This document shows, one piece after another, positions 9,652 through 18,561 of a stretch of 51,562 nucleotides of DNA. Both the position numbers and the translations under genes were made by a program. Source of the stretch: an uncultured Candidatus Izemoplasmatales bacterium (GTDB lineage: Bacteria > Bacillota_I > Bacilli_A > Izemoplasmatales > Hujiaoplasmataceae). The notes below the pieces were generated by a model. It was not told where the DNA came from. It was given only the letters and a program-made list of their open reading frames with translations, and did no database searches. The stretch lies in contig CAYWOK010000001.1 in assembly GCA_964459895.1 (NCBI GenBank), positions 1 to 51,562 of the forward strand. The letters are read 5' to 3'. The stretch's first letter is position 1; each line of letters opens with the position of its first letter.

Positions 9652-10664
9652 TTATCAAATTCAAAGAAGGAACAAAGCAACAGGATATCGAACTATTAAG
9701 ATCCGCTCTTATTAATCAAGGTTTTGCGATTCATGAAAGCATCGGTGCCACGACAACGATTTTCGGTGTCGTTGGCGACACAACCAAATTCGATATGGAC
9801 AGTCTTTATGCCTATGATTTTGTCGATAATGTGTTACGGGTTCAAGAGCCATATAAAAAAGTTAACCGAAAATTTCAACCGGCCGACACAATAGTATATG
9901 TCAGGGATATTCCAATTGGAGGCAAAAATGTCGTTATCATCGGTGGTCCATGTGCTGTTGAGTCAAAAACTCAAATGGATATAATCACCCCTTTGGTTAA
10001 AGCCTCTGGTGCGAAAATTCTTCGAGCCGGGGCATATAAGCCAAGGACAAGCCCATATTCATTTCAGGGTTTTGGACAAGAGGGCCTGGACATATTGAAA
10101 TATGTAAGCGATAAATACGATATTCCGGTCGTAAGCGAGGTTATGAGTGTCGAAGATTTAGCATATTTTGTCGACAAAGTCGACATCTTGCAAGTCGGAG
10201 CCAGAAACATGCAAAATTTCTCCTTGCTTAAAGAACTTGGAAAGCTTGACAAACCGGTGCTTTTGAAAAGAGGGCTTGCAAATACAATCGAAGAATGGCT
10301 GATGTCCGCAGAATATATCTTGGCTGGAGGAAACAAAAATGTCATATTATGTGAAAGAGGCATCCGGACATTCGAAACTTCGACCAGAAATACGCTTGAC
10401 ATCAGTTCGATTCCTGTGCTTAAAAAGCTTACCCACCTTCCCGTAATTGTCGATCCGTCGCACGCTGCTGGACGATGGGAATACATCGAAGCTCTTTCAA
10501 AAGCTGCGATTGCTGCCGGCGCAGACGGCCTGATCATCGAGGTCCATCCAGAGCCGGAACGTGCTCTTAGCGATGGCCAGCAGTCTTTGAAACCAGAGCG
10601 GTTTGATGCTTTGGTAAAACAGTGCAGGCGGATTGCGGAAGCCGTTGACAGAACGCTTGATTGA
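9648..10664 (+). CDS. aroF: 3-deoxy-7-phosphoheptulonate (DAHP) synthase, type I-beta, with an N-terminal ferredoxin-like regulatory domain
   Basis: 338 aa. Motifs IIGGPCAVES, LRAGAYKPRTSPYSFQG and VDPSHA. The N-terminal ~75 aa (MIIKFKEG...VLRVQEPYK) resemble the Thermotoga-type FL/ACT-like domain, not a chorismate mutase domain. Confidence 0.92.
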   Translation: MIIKFKEGTKQQDIELLRSALINQGFAIHESIGATTTIFGVVGDTTKFDMDSLYAYDFVDNVLRVQEPYKKVNRKFQPADTIVYVRDIPIGGKNVVIIGGPCAVESKTQMDIITPLVKASGAKILRAGAYKPRTSPYSFQGFGQEGLDILKYVSDKYDIPVVSEVMSVEDLAYFVDKVDILQVGARNMQNFSLLKELGKLDKPVLLKRGLANTIEEWLMSAEYILAGGNKNVILCERGIRTFETSTRNTLDISSIPVLKKLTHLPVIVDPSHAAGRWEYIEALSKAAIAAGADGLIIEVHPEPERALSDGQQSLKPERFDALVKQCRRIAEAVDRTLD

Positions 10665-10669
10665 AACTA

Positions 10670-10697
10670 CCAGCCATTTTGAATGGCTGGTTTTTTG
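10670..10697 (+). terminator. rho-independent terminator of the aro operon
   Basis: 9-bp stem CCAGCCATT/AATGGCTGG followed by T6. Confidence 0.85.
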
Positions 10698-10766
10698 TTT
10701 ATTCATTAAACGTAATTAATTTTGTTTATATTATGCTATAATGTTACTTGAAAGGGGGGTGATGCC

Positions 10767-10982
10767 ATGAAAGAATATGTTAGTTTTATTGATGGTCTGC
10801 CTTTGATAATAAGATTGATTTTGGCTCTACCCGGTTTAGATGGATTTGTTTATGGTATTTACAGAATTGCAAAGGGTCGAATAATTATCGGCATTTTATG
10901 GATTTTTCTTGGATTTGCGATTTTATGGATTATTGATATCATAACCATCCTCTTGAACGGAAAGGTCACTTTCCTCACTTAA
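10767..10982 (+). CDS. small hypothetical membrane protein (2 predicted TM helices)
   Basis: 71 aa with a strong SD AAAGGGGGGTGA. Hydrophobic segments LPLIIRLILALPGL and IIIGILWIFLGFAILWIIDIITILL. Flanked by terminators on both sides. Confidence 0.55.
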   Translation: MKEYVSFIDGLPLIIRLILALPGLDGFVYGIYRIAKGRIIIGILWIFLGFAILWIIDIITILLNGKVTFLT

Positions 10983-10996
10983 AATCATGACCAAAC

Positions 10997-11028
10997 AAAA
11001 AAGGAGCCCTTCATCGGACTCCTTTTTT
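10997..11028. terminator. bidirectional terminator between the small membrane gene and the aminotransferase gene
   Basis: AAAAAAGGAGCC ... GGaCTCCTTTTTT hairpin with an A-run and a T-run on either side. Confidence 0.7.
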
Positions 11029-11031
11029 CAA

Positions 11032-12267
11032 TTATATATGTTTCTTCAAAATTGTAACAAGTCGTGGAATCTCCTCCAAATTCAAGGAGCTGATGGCAAT
11101 TCGGATCAAATTGTCCATGGAGATCACATAAGCGTGGTCTGCGGCCAAATCCTTGAATATGTTCTTGTTGTTGGTAAGAATACTAATGAAAAAACCGCCG
11201 CAGTATGGAATAATATCCAATTCTTGCTTGTCGGCTTCTTCCATAAACAAGATTGCTCTGTCTTTTAACAATTTTCTTGCCTCGACAAGTTCCGCTGAAA
11301 ATTTGTCCTGATATTTCTTTTCTGTGAAAATTTTGCCGATTATGCTGATTGCAGGTTGGCTGACGCTCGAAAATCTAGCTCTAACAGAATAATCGCCAAC
11401 TCTTAAAAAACTGTCGACGATATCTTTGTTTTTACTCAAACCAATCTGAGCGCCGATTCTGAATCCGTATAGCGAAAAGGTCTTGGATCCGGAAAATACG
11501 ACAACAGTCAAAATGTTAGGATGCATATCGAGATAGGCCAAAAAAGTATCTCGCGAATATTCTGCCGGTTTCAATTGGTAATCGATATAAGCGATGTCAT
11601 GAATCAGAGTAACGGGTATATTCATTTCCGCAACTTGATTTAATACTTTGACAACTTCGATCCAATCTTCTTTTGTCATGCAAAGCCCGGTCGGGTTGTT
11701 GCAAGGATCGTTTAGCAATAGACAAAGTCTGTTTTGTGCTTTGGCAAGTTCTAATGCTTTGGCTTTGAAATCTACTCTGTTGAACTGGTTATGTTCATCA
11801 TACATTAAAAAGGTTTTTAAATTGATGTTGGCTTCGTAGGCGAAATTTTCGTATGGAGTCCAATAATGATTGGGAATCAATACACTCTGTCCGAAATCGT
11901 TGAAATTATAAAAAGTGTTGCTGATGGCGCCGCTGCCGCCTGTTGTCGGAATTATCGAGTAGTAAAAGTTTTCTCTGATTATGTCCTTGTGCGGTCCGAA
12001 AACCCAGTCGAATACGCCTTCGGTAAATTTGATTGTTCCTCGAACCGGAGCATAATGATAAGTTTCCGCATCCGTAAGATTATGAAGCAATTCCTCGACA
12101 ATTTGATATTTGAAAATGTTGCCTTCCTCATGATGCAGCATTCCGACGGTGGCATCGATGACATCTGAATATTTTGCTTTCATCGCTTTGGCTTCTTGAG
12201 AAATTTGTAAAATGTTTGATTCCAATTTCTTGTTTTCTGCATGTCTACCTACAATTTGGTTTAGCAT
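11032..12267 (-). CDS. class I/II PLP-dependent aminotransferase (probably aromatic/aspartate type)
   Basis: 411 aa. Motifs NDPCNNPTG and the PLP-lysine motif SGSKTFSLYGFRIG. Lies next to the aro operon. Confidence 0.8.
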   Translation of the reverse strand: MLNQIVGRHAENKKLESNILQISQEAKAMKAKYSDVIDATVGMLHHEEGNIFKYQIVEELLHNLTDAETYHYAPVRGTIKFTEGVFDWVFGPHKDIIRENFYYSIIPTTGGSGAISNTFYNFNDFGQSVLIPNHYWTPYENFAYEANINLKTFLMYDEHNQFNRVDFKAKALELAKAQNRLCLLLNDPCNNPTGLCMTKEDWIEVVKVLNQVAEMNIPVTLIHDIAYIDYQLKPAEYSRDTFLAYLDMHPNILTVVVFSGSKTFSLYGFRIGAQIGLSKNKDIVDSFLRVGDYSVRARFSSVSQPAISIIGKIFTEKKYQDKFSAELVEARKLLKDRAILFMEEADKQELDIIPYCGGFFISILTNNKNIFKDLAADHAYVISMDNLIRIAISSLNLEEIPRLVTILKKHI

Positions 12268-12288
12268 TTTTCACACCCTTTTCTGAAA

Positions 12289-13572
12289 TTAAAAATAATT
12301 ATGTAAAATTACGGTCTGCTCCCGGTCGGGACCAAGGGACAATACCGTGATTTTTGTTCCCGATAACATTTCAATCGCTTTTAGATAATTTATACAATTT
12401 TCAGGAAGAGCTTCGAAGTTCTTTATTTGCGTTATGTCTTCGTCCCATCCCGGAAAAGAATCATATATTGGTTTGCATCTTTTATACTCATCATAATTTC
12501 CTGGAATATAATCGATTATTTTTCCGTCAAGTTCATATGCGATACATATTTTCAATTCTTTGATTTCTGACAGAACATCCACGAGCGTAACCGCGAGTCC
12601 GGTCAATCCGTTGATCCTTACAGCGTGACGAATAACATTCATGTCCAGCCAACCGATTCTTCGGGCCCTGCCGGTAGTAGTCCCGTATTCATGTCCTTTT
12701 TCGCGGATATATTTTGTAATTTCGTCTTCAAATTCTGTCGGGAAAACTCCCGCGCCGACTCTGGTGGAATATGCTTTTGTTACTCCGACTACTTCTTTGA
12801 TATATTGTGGTGCAATCCCGGCCGCGAGCGGAACTCCCGCTGCGGTAGGTGAAGAACTTGTCACAAATGGATATGTTCCGTGATCTAAACAAAGCATTGT
12901 CCCTTGAGCGCCTTCAAACAAGACGTATTTATCGGCTTTGATCGCTTTGTCAAGCAAGATTGATGTATCAGTAATGTATTTTTCAAACATTTGGCCATAT
13001 ATATAATATTCTTCGGTTATTTGTTCTGGAGAAAAAGTGTTCTTTCCAAATGTTTCAAAAACAGGGTTATAAAAAGCCAATGCGTTATTCACTTGTCGAA
13101 ATAAACTGTCTTTATGAATCAAATCCCCGAAGCGGATGCCAAGCCTTGTTGCTTTGTCTGCATATGCGGGGCCAATGCCGTTCTTTGTAGTGCCAAGCGC
13201 GTTTTCGTTTTTTAACGATTCATATAGTCTGTCAAGCTCCAAATGGTATGGCATGACTACGTGAGCTCTGTCAGAGATATATAGTTGAAAATCGGTTATT
13301 TCTTGTTTGATCAGATTATCAATTTCTTTTGCCAAGGCTTTTGGGTTGATTACCATACCTCCAGCCATGATATTCATAATCTTGGGATTAAATATGCCTG
13401 AGGGTATAAGATGTAGAGCAAACTTTTTTTGTGCAAAAAAAATAGAGTGTCCCGCATTGTTGCCGCCTTGGCTGCGAACCACAACATCTGCATGCATTGC
13501 AAGATAATCAGTAATCTTGCCTTTGCCTTCATCTCCCCACTCGGTACCAACAACGACTACTGTTTTGGCCAA
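12289..13572 (-). CDS. purA: adenylosuccinate synthetase
   Basis: 427 aa. Motifs GTEWGDEGKGK, GGNNAGHS, TTKNGIGPAY and TTGRARR. TTG start 6 nt after SD GGAGGG. Confidence 0.95.
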   Translation of the reverse strand: MAKTVVVVGTEWGDEGKGKITDYLAMHADVVVRSQGGNNAGHSIFFAQKKFALHLIPSGIFNPKIMNIMAGGMVINPKALAKEIDNLIKQEITDFQLYISDRAHVVMPYHLELDRLYESLKNENALGTTKNGIGPAYADKATRLGIRFGDLIHKDSLFRQVNNALAFYNPVFETFGKNTFSPEQITEEYYIYGQMFEKYITDTSILLDKAIKADKYVLFEGAQGTMLCLDHGTYPFVTSSSPTAAGVPLAAGIAPQYIKEVVGVTKAYSTRVGAGVFPTEFEDEITKYIREKGHEYGTTTGRARRIGWLDMNVIRHAVRINGLTGLAVTLVDVLSEIKELKICIAYELDGKIIDYIPGNYDEYKRCKPIYDSFPGWDEDITQIKNFEALPENCINYLKAIEMLSGTKITVLSLGPDREQTVILHNYF

Positions 13573-13699
13573 AAGACATCCCTCCAGAAAACACCATTAT
13601 TATAACATAACAATCCCTAAAATGTAAGCCTAAAAAAATGAAAAGGCGTAAAAGCGTCTTTTCATATTAAACGCTTGCTGATTTGCTTTTTTAAAGTTT

Positions 13700-15118
13700 T
13701 TATTGTTGTTTGCCTACAATGTTTCTGGCAATCCAAATTCCACTTGCGCCGGCCTGAGCCAGACCTCTGGTAATTCCAGCTCCGTCACCACCTACATATA
13801 ACCCTTTGATTTTGGTTTCCAAATTATTATCCATTTCCGGTCTGGAAGAATAAAATTTTGATTCGACTCCATATAACAAAGTATGTTCTGATGCGACTCC
13901 GGGCGAAATGTGATCCAGAGCTTCAATCATTTCTATGATGGATTTCATGGTTTTATATGGTAAGACCAGTCCCAAATCTCCAGGAACCGCCTCCTGTAAG
14001 GTTGGAATGACAAAACCTTCTTTGATTCTTTTAACTGTGGATCTTCTGCCTCTTTTCAAATCGCCATATCTTTGAACAATTACGGCGCCATTGCTCAACA
14101 TATTTGCAAGCCTCGATACTCCGTGAGCAAATTCGTTAGGTTGATTGAATGGTTCGGTAAAATTATGGCTGACAAGAATTGCAAAGTTCGTGTTTTTCGA
14201 ACCAAGTTGACTATCGTTATATGCATGCCCGTTAGCTAAAACAGTTCCGCTATGGTTTTCCATGACAACATGTCCAGAAGGATTTGAGCAGAAAGTTCGG
14301 ACTTGATTTCCGACGCTGGTTCTGTAAATGAATTTTCCCTCATAGAGATTTTCATTGATTTCTTCCATGATTTCGTTGTTAGTTTCAACGCGAACGCCGA
14401 TGTCGACAAAATTGGACTTCATCGGAATGCTGTGTTCCTGGCAAATGGCGGAGAGCCAAGTGGATCCGTCTCTGCCCGGGACGATTACAATTTGGTCGCT
14501 TTTGATTTTCTCGCCTGTTTCCAAAACGATTCCGTTAATGATGTCTTCTTTAACCATAATGTTAGTAACTTCGGTTTTATACAACATGTCAATTTTGTCT
14601 AATAAATATTCATAGATGTTTTTTAAAATTGCCAAATTGATTTCAGTTCCCAAATGTCTTACTTGTCCTCGCAACAGCTTTAAACCAACCGCGAGTCCTC
14701 TGCGTTCGATTTCTTTCACTTTTTCCGTAGTAGGATCGGTGATTTCTTCTGGTGCTCCAAATTTTAGGTTGATCGAATCTGCATGTCTGATCAATTCTTC
14801 AACCTGATCATCTTCCAAATATTCGTTCATCCACCCGCCATATTCACTGGTTATATTAAACTTGCCGTCAGAGTATGCTCCGGCGCCTCCAAAACCATTA
14901 GTAATCGAACAGTGCGGCAAACAGCCGATGTATCCATTTTTTTGTAAAGGACATTTGATTATTTTTTTATCTAAAATCGGACATTTACGATTATAAATGT
15001 CATTTCCTTTATCAATTAGTAATATTGATAATTCGGGATTTAAATTTACGAGTTCATAGGCACACATATACCCTGCGGGTCCTGCGCCGACAACAATAAC
15101 ATCATATTTGTTTTTCAT
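13700..15118 (-). CDS. FAD-dependent oxidoreductase-like protein (COG2509-type)
   Basis: Dinucleotide motif YDVIVVGAGPAGY and C-terminal GGDGAGITRG. Start moved to MKNKYD (15118), which follows SD AAGGGG. Confidence 0.7.
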   Translation of the reverse strand: MKNKYDVIVVGAGPAGYMCAYELVNLNPELSILLIDKGNDIYNRKCPILDKKIIKCPLQKNGYIGCLPHCSITNGFGGAGAYSDGKFNITSEYGGWMNEYLEDDQVEELIRHADSINLKFGAPEEITDPTTEKVKEIERRGLAVGLKLLRGQVRHLGTEINLAILKNIYEYLLDKIDMLYKTEVTNIMVKEDIINGIVLETGEKIKSDQIVIVPGRDGSTWLSAICQEHSIPMKSNFVDIGVRVETNNEIMEEINENLYEGKFIYRTSVGNQVRTFCSNPSGHVVMENHSGTVLANGHAYNDSQLGSKNTNFAILVSHNFTEPFNQPNEFAHGVSRLANMLSNGAVIVQRYGDLKRGRRSTVKRIKEGFVIPTLQEAVPGDLGLVLPYKTMKSIIEMIEALDHISPGVASEHTLLYGVESKFYSSRPEMDNNLETKIKGLYVGGDGAGITRGLAQAGASGIWIARNIVGKQQ

Positions 15119-15183
15119 AGAATGCACCCCTTTGGAACGATAAGATAATATCATTAAATAACTATAAAATCAACCTCCGAACA

Positions 15184-15210
15184 AAAGAAAAATGGAGTAT
15201 GCTACTCCAT
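15184..15210 (-). terminator. dnaN terminator
   Basis: Stem ATGGAGTA/TACTCCAT with a 3-nt loop, followed on the minus strand by TTTTCTTTT. Confidence 0.75.
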
Positions 15211-15227
15211 TTAACTAAAGTGATTTT

Positions 15228-16358
15228 TTATTCGGTTCTAACTGGTAAAATCAATTGCACTAATCCGGGATCGCTGTCTCCTTCGATTACGAATGGTCTA
15301 ATTTCACCAGTGAATTTAACATAAATTTCTTCAGAATTGAATGTTTTGAGTGCATCCATAAAATATTTGGAGCTGAAGGCTATTTTGATTGACATCCCGA
15401 TAGCTTTTTCCAAAGGATAAACTTTTTCTGTCACTTTTCCAAGTTCAGGTGAATTAGAAGTGATTTCAACAATATTATCATTACGCAAATTTAATTTGAC
15501 GATGCTAGAAGATCCTTCTTTGGAAGACAACAAAGAAGCTCTTTCAATAGCTACAAACAATTTGTCTTTATTAAATTTGATGATAATAGGAAATTCCATT
15601 GGAATCAATCTTGATGTTTCCGGAAAATTACCATCAAGCAGTCTTGATTGAAACAGAACATTTCCATATTCGAATAAAATTGATTTATGATTCAAATGAA
15701 TCAAAATCTCTTCCAGATTCGATTCTAGTATCTTTGATAATTCGTCTAAACTTCTTCCTGGAATAACAACATTCATGTTTTCCATGTTTTTTGGAATATC
15801 GATTATTTTTTGACTCAATCGGAAAGAGTCAGTTGCTATAGCTACTAATTTTTCACCTTCAACCCGAATATTTACCCCGGTTAGAATTGGTCTGTTTTCA
15901 ATAGCTGAAGTCGCAAATGTAGTTTGTCTGATGATTGATTTCATGATTTTCGATTCCAGTTTGATTGGTTCTTCATTCAAAGGAAAATCGAGTTCAGGAT
16001 AATCTTCAACACTAAGCAAATTCAAAGTCACATCGGAATCTCCCGCCAAAATTCGCAATATGTTATTGTCTACAACTGATAATTCCACGTTTTCGCCTTC
16101 TAATTTGCGAATGATATCGACAAAAAACTTTCCTGGAATTAAAACTTCTCCTTGTGATTCTACCTTCAATGATTCGTCCTTGACGGAGAGTTTAATTGAA
16201 ATATCGGAATTACTTGTAATAAATACAATTTCTTTTTGATATACTTCCAATTTGATACCTTGGAGATATGGGGCAGGGGTTTTTGTAGATAGGGCTTTTT
16301 GAGCAACGATTAAATTGTTTAGCAAGACATTCGTCGAAATAATAAAATTCATAGACAA
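15228..16358 (-). CDS. dnaN: DNA polymerase III beta sliding clamp
   Basis: 376 aa, immediately downstream of dnaA. Typical DnaN N-terminus (MNFIISTNVLLNNL...KALS) and C-terminus (LILPVRT). SD AGGAGG. Confidence 0.93.
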   Translation of the reverse strand: MSMNFIISTNVLLNNLIVAQKALSTKTPAPYLQGIKLEVYQKEIVFITSNSDISIKLSVKDESLKVESQGEVLIPGKFFVDIIRKLEGENVELSVVDNNILRILAGDSDVTLNLLSVEDYPELDFPLNEEPIKLESKIMKSIIRQTTFATSAIENRPILTGVNIRVEGEKLVAIATDSFRLSQKIIDIPKNMENMNVVIPGRSLDELSKILESNLEEILIHLNHKSILFEYGNVLFQSRLLDGNFPETSRLIPMEFPIIIKFNKDKLFVAIERASLLSSKEGSSSIVKLNLRNDNIVEITSNSPELGKVTEKVYPLEKAIGMSIKIAFSSKYFMDALKTFNSEEIYVKFTGEIRPFVIEGDSDPGLVQLILPVRTE

Positions 16359-16509
16359 CCTCCTGTTTATTACATTATTTATCTTTTGTTTTTTGTTATT
16401 GTTATTATTATAAGTGTTGAAAAGGGTAAAAAATACGATTTTTACACTTGCTATTATACCATATAGAGCGCTTTTAGTATAGATTTATTGATGTTTATAA
16501 CCGTTAATA
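16359..16509. promoter_or_regulatory. AT-rich dnaA-dnaN spacer; candidate DNA-unwinding half of a bipartite oriC
   Basis: Very AT-rich 151 bp. On the minus strand it reads TTTTCAACA (16423-16415), one mismatch from the local DnaA box, then TAA TAA TAA CAA TAA CAA (16410-16393), then an A/T run. Confidence 0.45.
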
Positions 16510-17886
16510 TTAAGGTTTTTTTCCACATTTGATTAACAATTTTTCGATGTCGGTTTTCTTGGCTTTATCTGTTTGCATATCGTTTGAAATTTGTTCAATG
16601 CTATAGATGACAGTCGAGTGATCTCGATTGTTGAATATTTGGCCTATTTTCTTAAAAGTCAAATCATGGAGGTCTTTTAGTATGTACATTGATACCTGTC
16701 TTGGAAAAACATATTGTTTTTTCCTTTTTTTAGATAATAAATCAGTGGTGGATATACTATAATATGAACTTACAATATCAAGAATATTATTGAAATTGCC
16801 TTTTTCTATTGATTTGTTGGAAATATTTTTAGAATTTACAAGATTTTTCAACGCCTCTTCCGCGTTGGCGATTGTGAATTTATAGTCAAAAGCAGTACAA
16901 TAGAATAGAACCCGCTTTAGTGCACCTTCCAATTCCCGGACATTATTGTCAAAGATGCTAGCAATATAATCAAGAATACCTTCGGGAATCAAATCAGGAT
17001 CTGCAGTTTCGGCTTGGAGCTTCTTCTTTAGAATAAGAATTCGATGTTCCAGATTGGGTCTGTTGATATCGACGGATAGGCCCCATTCGAACCTAGACGT
17101 AAGTCGGGACATTATTTCGTACAGTTCCGAGGCCGGGCGATCTGATGTAATCACGATTTGTTTGTTGGTTTCCTTAAGTTTTTCAAATATCTTGAAAAAT
17201 TCCAATTGTGATTGAGTTTTTCCGGAAAGAAACTGAATATCATCTACTAAAAGAATATCGACATTTTCATATTTCTTTGAAAAGTCATCAAAACTTTTTC
17301 TCTGAGCAGCTTTTGCATAATCTTCAATAAATTGGTCGGTTTTTGCATAAAGAACCTTTTTGTTTACATCGTTTTCCAAGATATAATTTCCCACACACTG
17401 CATGAGATGGGTCTTGCCCAAACCGACATCACCAAATATATATAAAGGATTGGCGACAACTCCAGGTTGATCCGCTACTTTCATAGCAGACGTGTATGCC
17501 AGACGGTTACTTGATCCAACAACAAAATTGTCAAAAGTGTAAGAGTTATTCAAGCCGGTTTTATATTTATTTTCCAAACCTTGTTCAGGAGTATTGATCT
17601 CATATGTCGAGGCTTTTGCAATCTCTTCAGCTGCTTGTTCTTTGGTAATTATTTTAAACATATGTTTGTCCGTAACATAGTCATTTAACATTGCATTAAG
17701 GCGATTCAAATAAAAAGATTCGATTTTACTCTTGATGAAAGAGTTGGGCGAAATCAGATAAACATAGTTGTTGACAACCTTAAATACATTGGATATCAAT
17801 GAAAAATGTTCATTGTAAACATCTTCATCCATTGTTAGTTGCAACTGATATTTTATTTTGTCCCAGATCTTTTGAAATTCTTCCAT
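16510..17886 (-). CDS. dnaA: chromosomal replication initiator DnaA
   Basis: Walker A GDVGLGKTHL, Walker B LLVDDIQF, C-terminal DNA-binding RDHSTVIYS. Start set to MEEFQKIWDKIK (17886), which follows SD GAGGTA. The 55-codon upstream ORF extension runs into the DnaA boxes. Confidence 0.95.
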   Translation of the reverse strand: MEEFQKIWDKIKYQLQLTMDEDVYNEHFSLISNVFKVVNNYVYLISPNSFIKSKIESFYLNRLNAMLNDYVTDKHMFKIITKEQAAEEIAKASTYEINTPEQGLENKYKTGLNNSYTFDNFVVGSSNRLAYTSAMKVADQPGVVANPLYIFGDVGLGKTHLMQCVGNYILENDVNKKVLYAKTDQFIEDYAKAAQRKSFDDFSKKYENVDILLVDDIQFLSGKTQSQLEFFKIFEKLKETNKQIVITSDRPASELYEIMSRLTSRFEWGLSVDINRPNLEHRILILKKKLQAETADPDLIPEGILDYIASIFDNNVRELEGALKRVLFYCTAFDYKFTIANAEEALKNLVNSKNISNKSIEKGNFNNILDIVSSYYSISTTDLLSKKRKKQYVFPRQVSMYILKDLHDLTFKKIGQIFNNRDHSTVIYSIEQISNDMQTDKAKKTDIEKLLIKCGKKP

Positions 17887-17946
17887 GAACAGTACCTCTA
17901 CCTTAATCATAAATATACCATATATAAAAATAAAAGAGTCAATTAT

Positions 17947-18141
17947 TTCTCCACAAAAAATGTGGAAAACTTTTTTGTTAAAAATATTATTACCACTCAT
18001 ATAGTGGAAAACAAACCGCCATTTTAAGCCCTTAGAATTAGTTTTCCACATTTAAACAAACCAATTGAGTCAACACGTTTGTGGATGGTTGGGAAAACAT
18101 CTTGAAAGCGCCAAACCGTGCAAGGATGAAAATGTGGAAAA
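17947..18141. promoter_or_regulatory. oriC DnaA-box cluster
   Basis: Six boxes: TTCTCCACA 17947-17955, TGTGGAAAA 17961-17969, AGTGGAAAA 18003-18011, TTTTCCACA 18042-18050, TGTGGATGG 18080-18088, TGTGGAAAA 18133-18141. All lie between the divergent dnaA and rpmH genes. Confidence 0.85.
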
Positions 18142-18269
18142 GATAACCATAAAATCAATATTTTGCAATTATTTAAAGAGATTCGCCGGATATTAAAAAG
18201 CAGAAATGCAAACAGACAAATGGTTATTTTGTCCAAATTTAAATGCATTCGACCTGGAAACAAAAACAG

Positions 18270-18298
18270 TTGACATAAACTCAAAAATCCCTTATAAT
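18270..18298 (+). promoter_or_regulatory. rpmH promoter (consensus sigma-A type)
   Basis: TTGACA (18270-18275), 17 bp spacer, TATAAT (18293-18298). Confidence 0.8.
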
Positions 18299-18340
18299 GG
18301 TGTAGCATAGTTTTAGAGTGAAAGTTTGGAGGTGTTGATT

Positions 18341-18484
18341 ATGAGTAGAACATATCAACCAAGCAAAATCAAAAGAGCAAGAACACACGGCTTCAGAGCG
18401 AGAATGGAAACTGTCGGCGGCAGAAAAGTTCTAGCAAGAAGAAGAGCTAGAGGCCGCAAGTCGCTCACGGTTTCAGACCGATAA
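18341..18484 (+). CDS. rpmH: 50S ribosomal protein L34
   Basis: 47 aa, [56 protein letters not shown]. Too short to appear in the ORF track. Confidence 0.95.
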   Translation: MSRTYQPSKIKRARTHGFRARMETVGGRKVLARRRARGRKSLTVSDR

Positions 18485-18523
18485 AACCTAATAGAAATAC
18501 ACCCAATATATATTTGAACTTGT

Positions 18524-18561
18524 AATCACCAGAATAATATATTTTCGGTGATTTTTGTTTT
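18524..18561 (+). terminator. hairpin plus T-run between rpmH and rnpA (terminator/attenuator)
   Basis: Stem AATCACC/GGTGATT with inner GAA/TTC pairing, followed by TTTTTGTTTTT. Confidence 0.55.

Noticed and set aside
10064-10537. 157-aa minus-strand ORF antisense to the DAHP synthase gene
   Set aside because: It is the mirror frame of a conserved gene. Its Ser/Pro/Thr-rich composition is typical of antisense read-through, and it has no SD.
10987-11268. 93-aa plus-strand ORF overlapping the 3' end of the aminotransferase gene
   Set aside because: It starts inside the bidirectional terminator and runs antisense to a conserved PLP enzyme. It has no SD.
13573-13699. Purine riboswitch upstream of purA
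   Set aside because: The reverse complement of this spacer shows none of the conserved purine-riboswitch loop or junction sequences. It contains only a weak hairpin, which probably terminates the upstream FAD-protein gene.
17887-18051. 55-codon N-terminal extension of dnaA in the ORF track
   Set aside because: The extension is hydrophobic, low-complexity sequence that overlaps the DnaA boxes. The internal ATG at 17886 has SD GAGGTA and gives the normal DnaA N-terminus (MEEFQKIW...).
18024-18308. 94-aa minus-strand ORF in the dnaA-rpmH intergenic region
   Set aside because: It spans the DnaA boxes and the rpmH promoter. It has no SD and no recognisable protein features. It is most likely a chance ORF in oriC.
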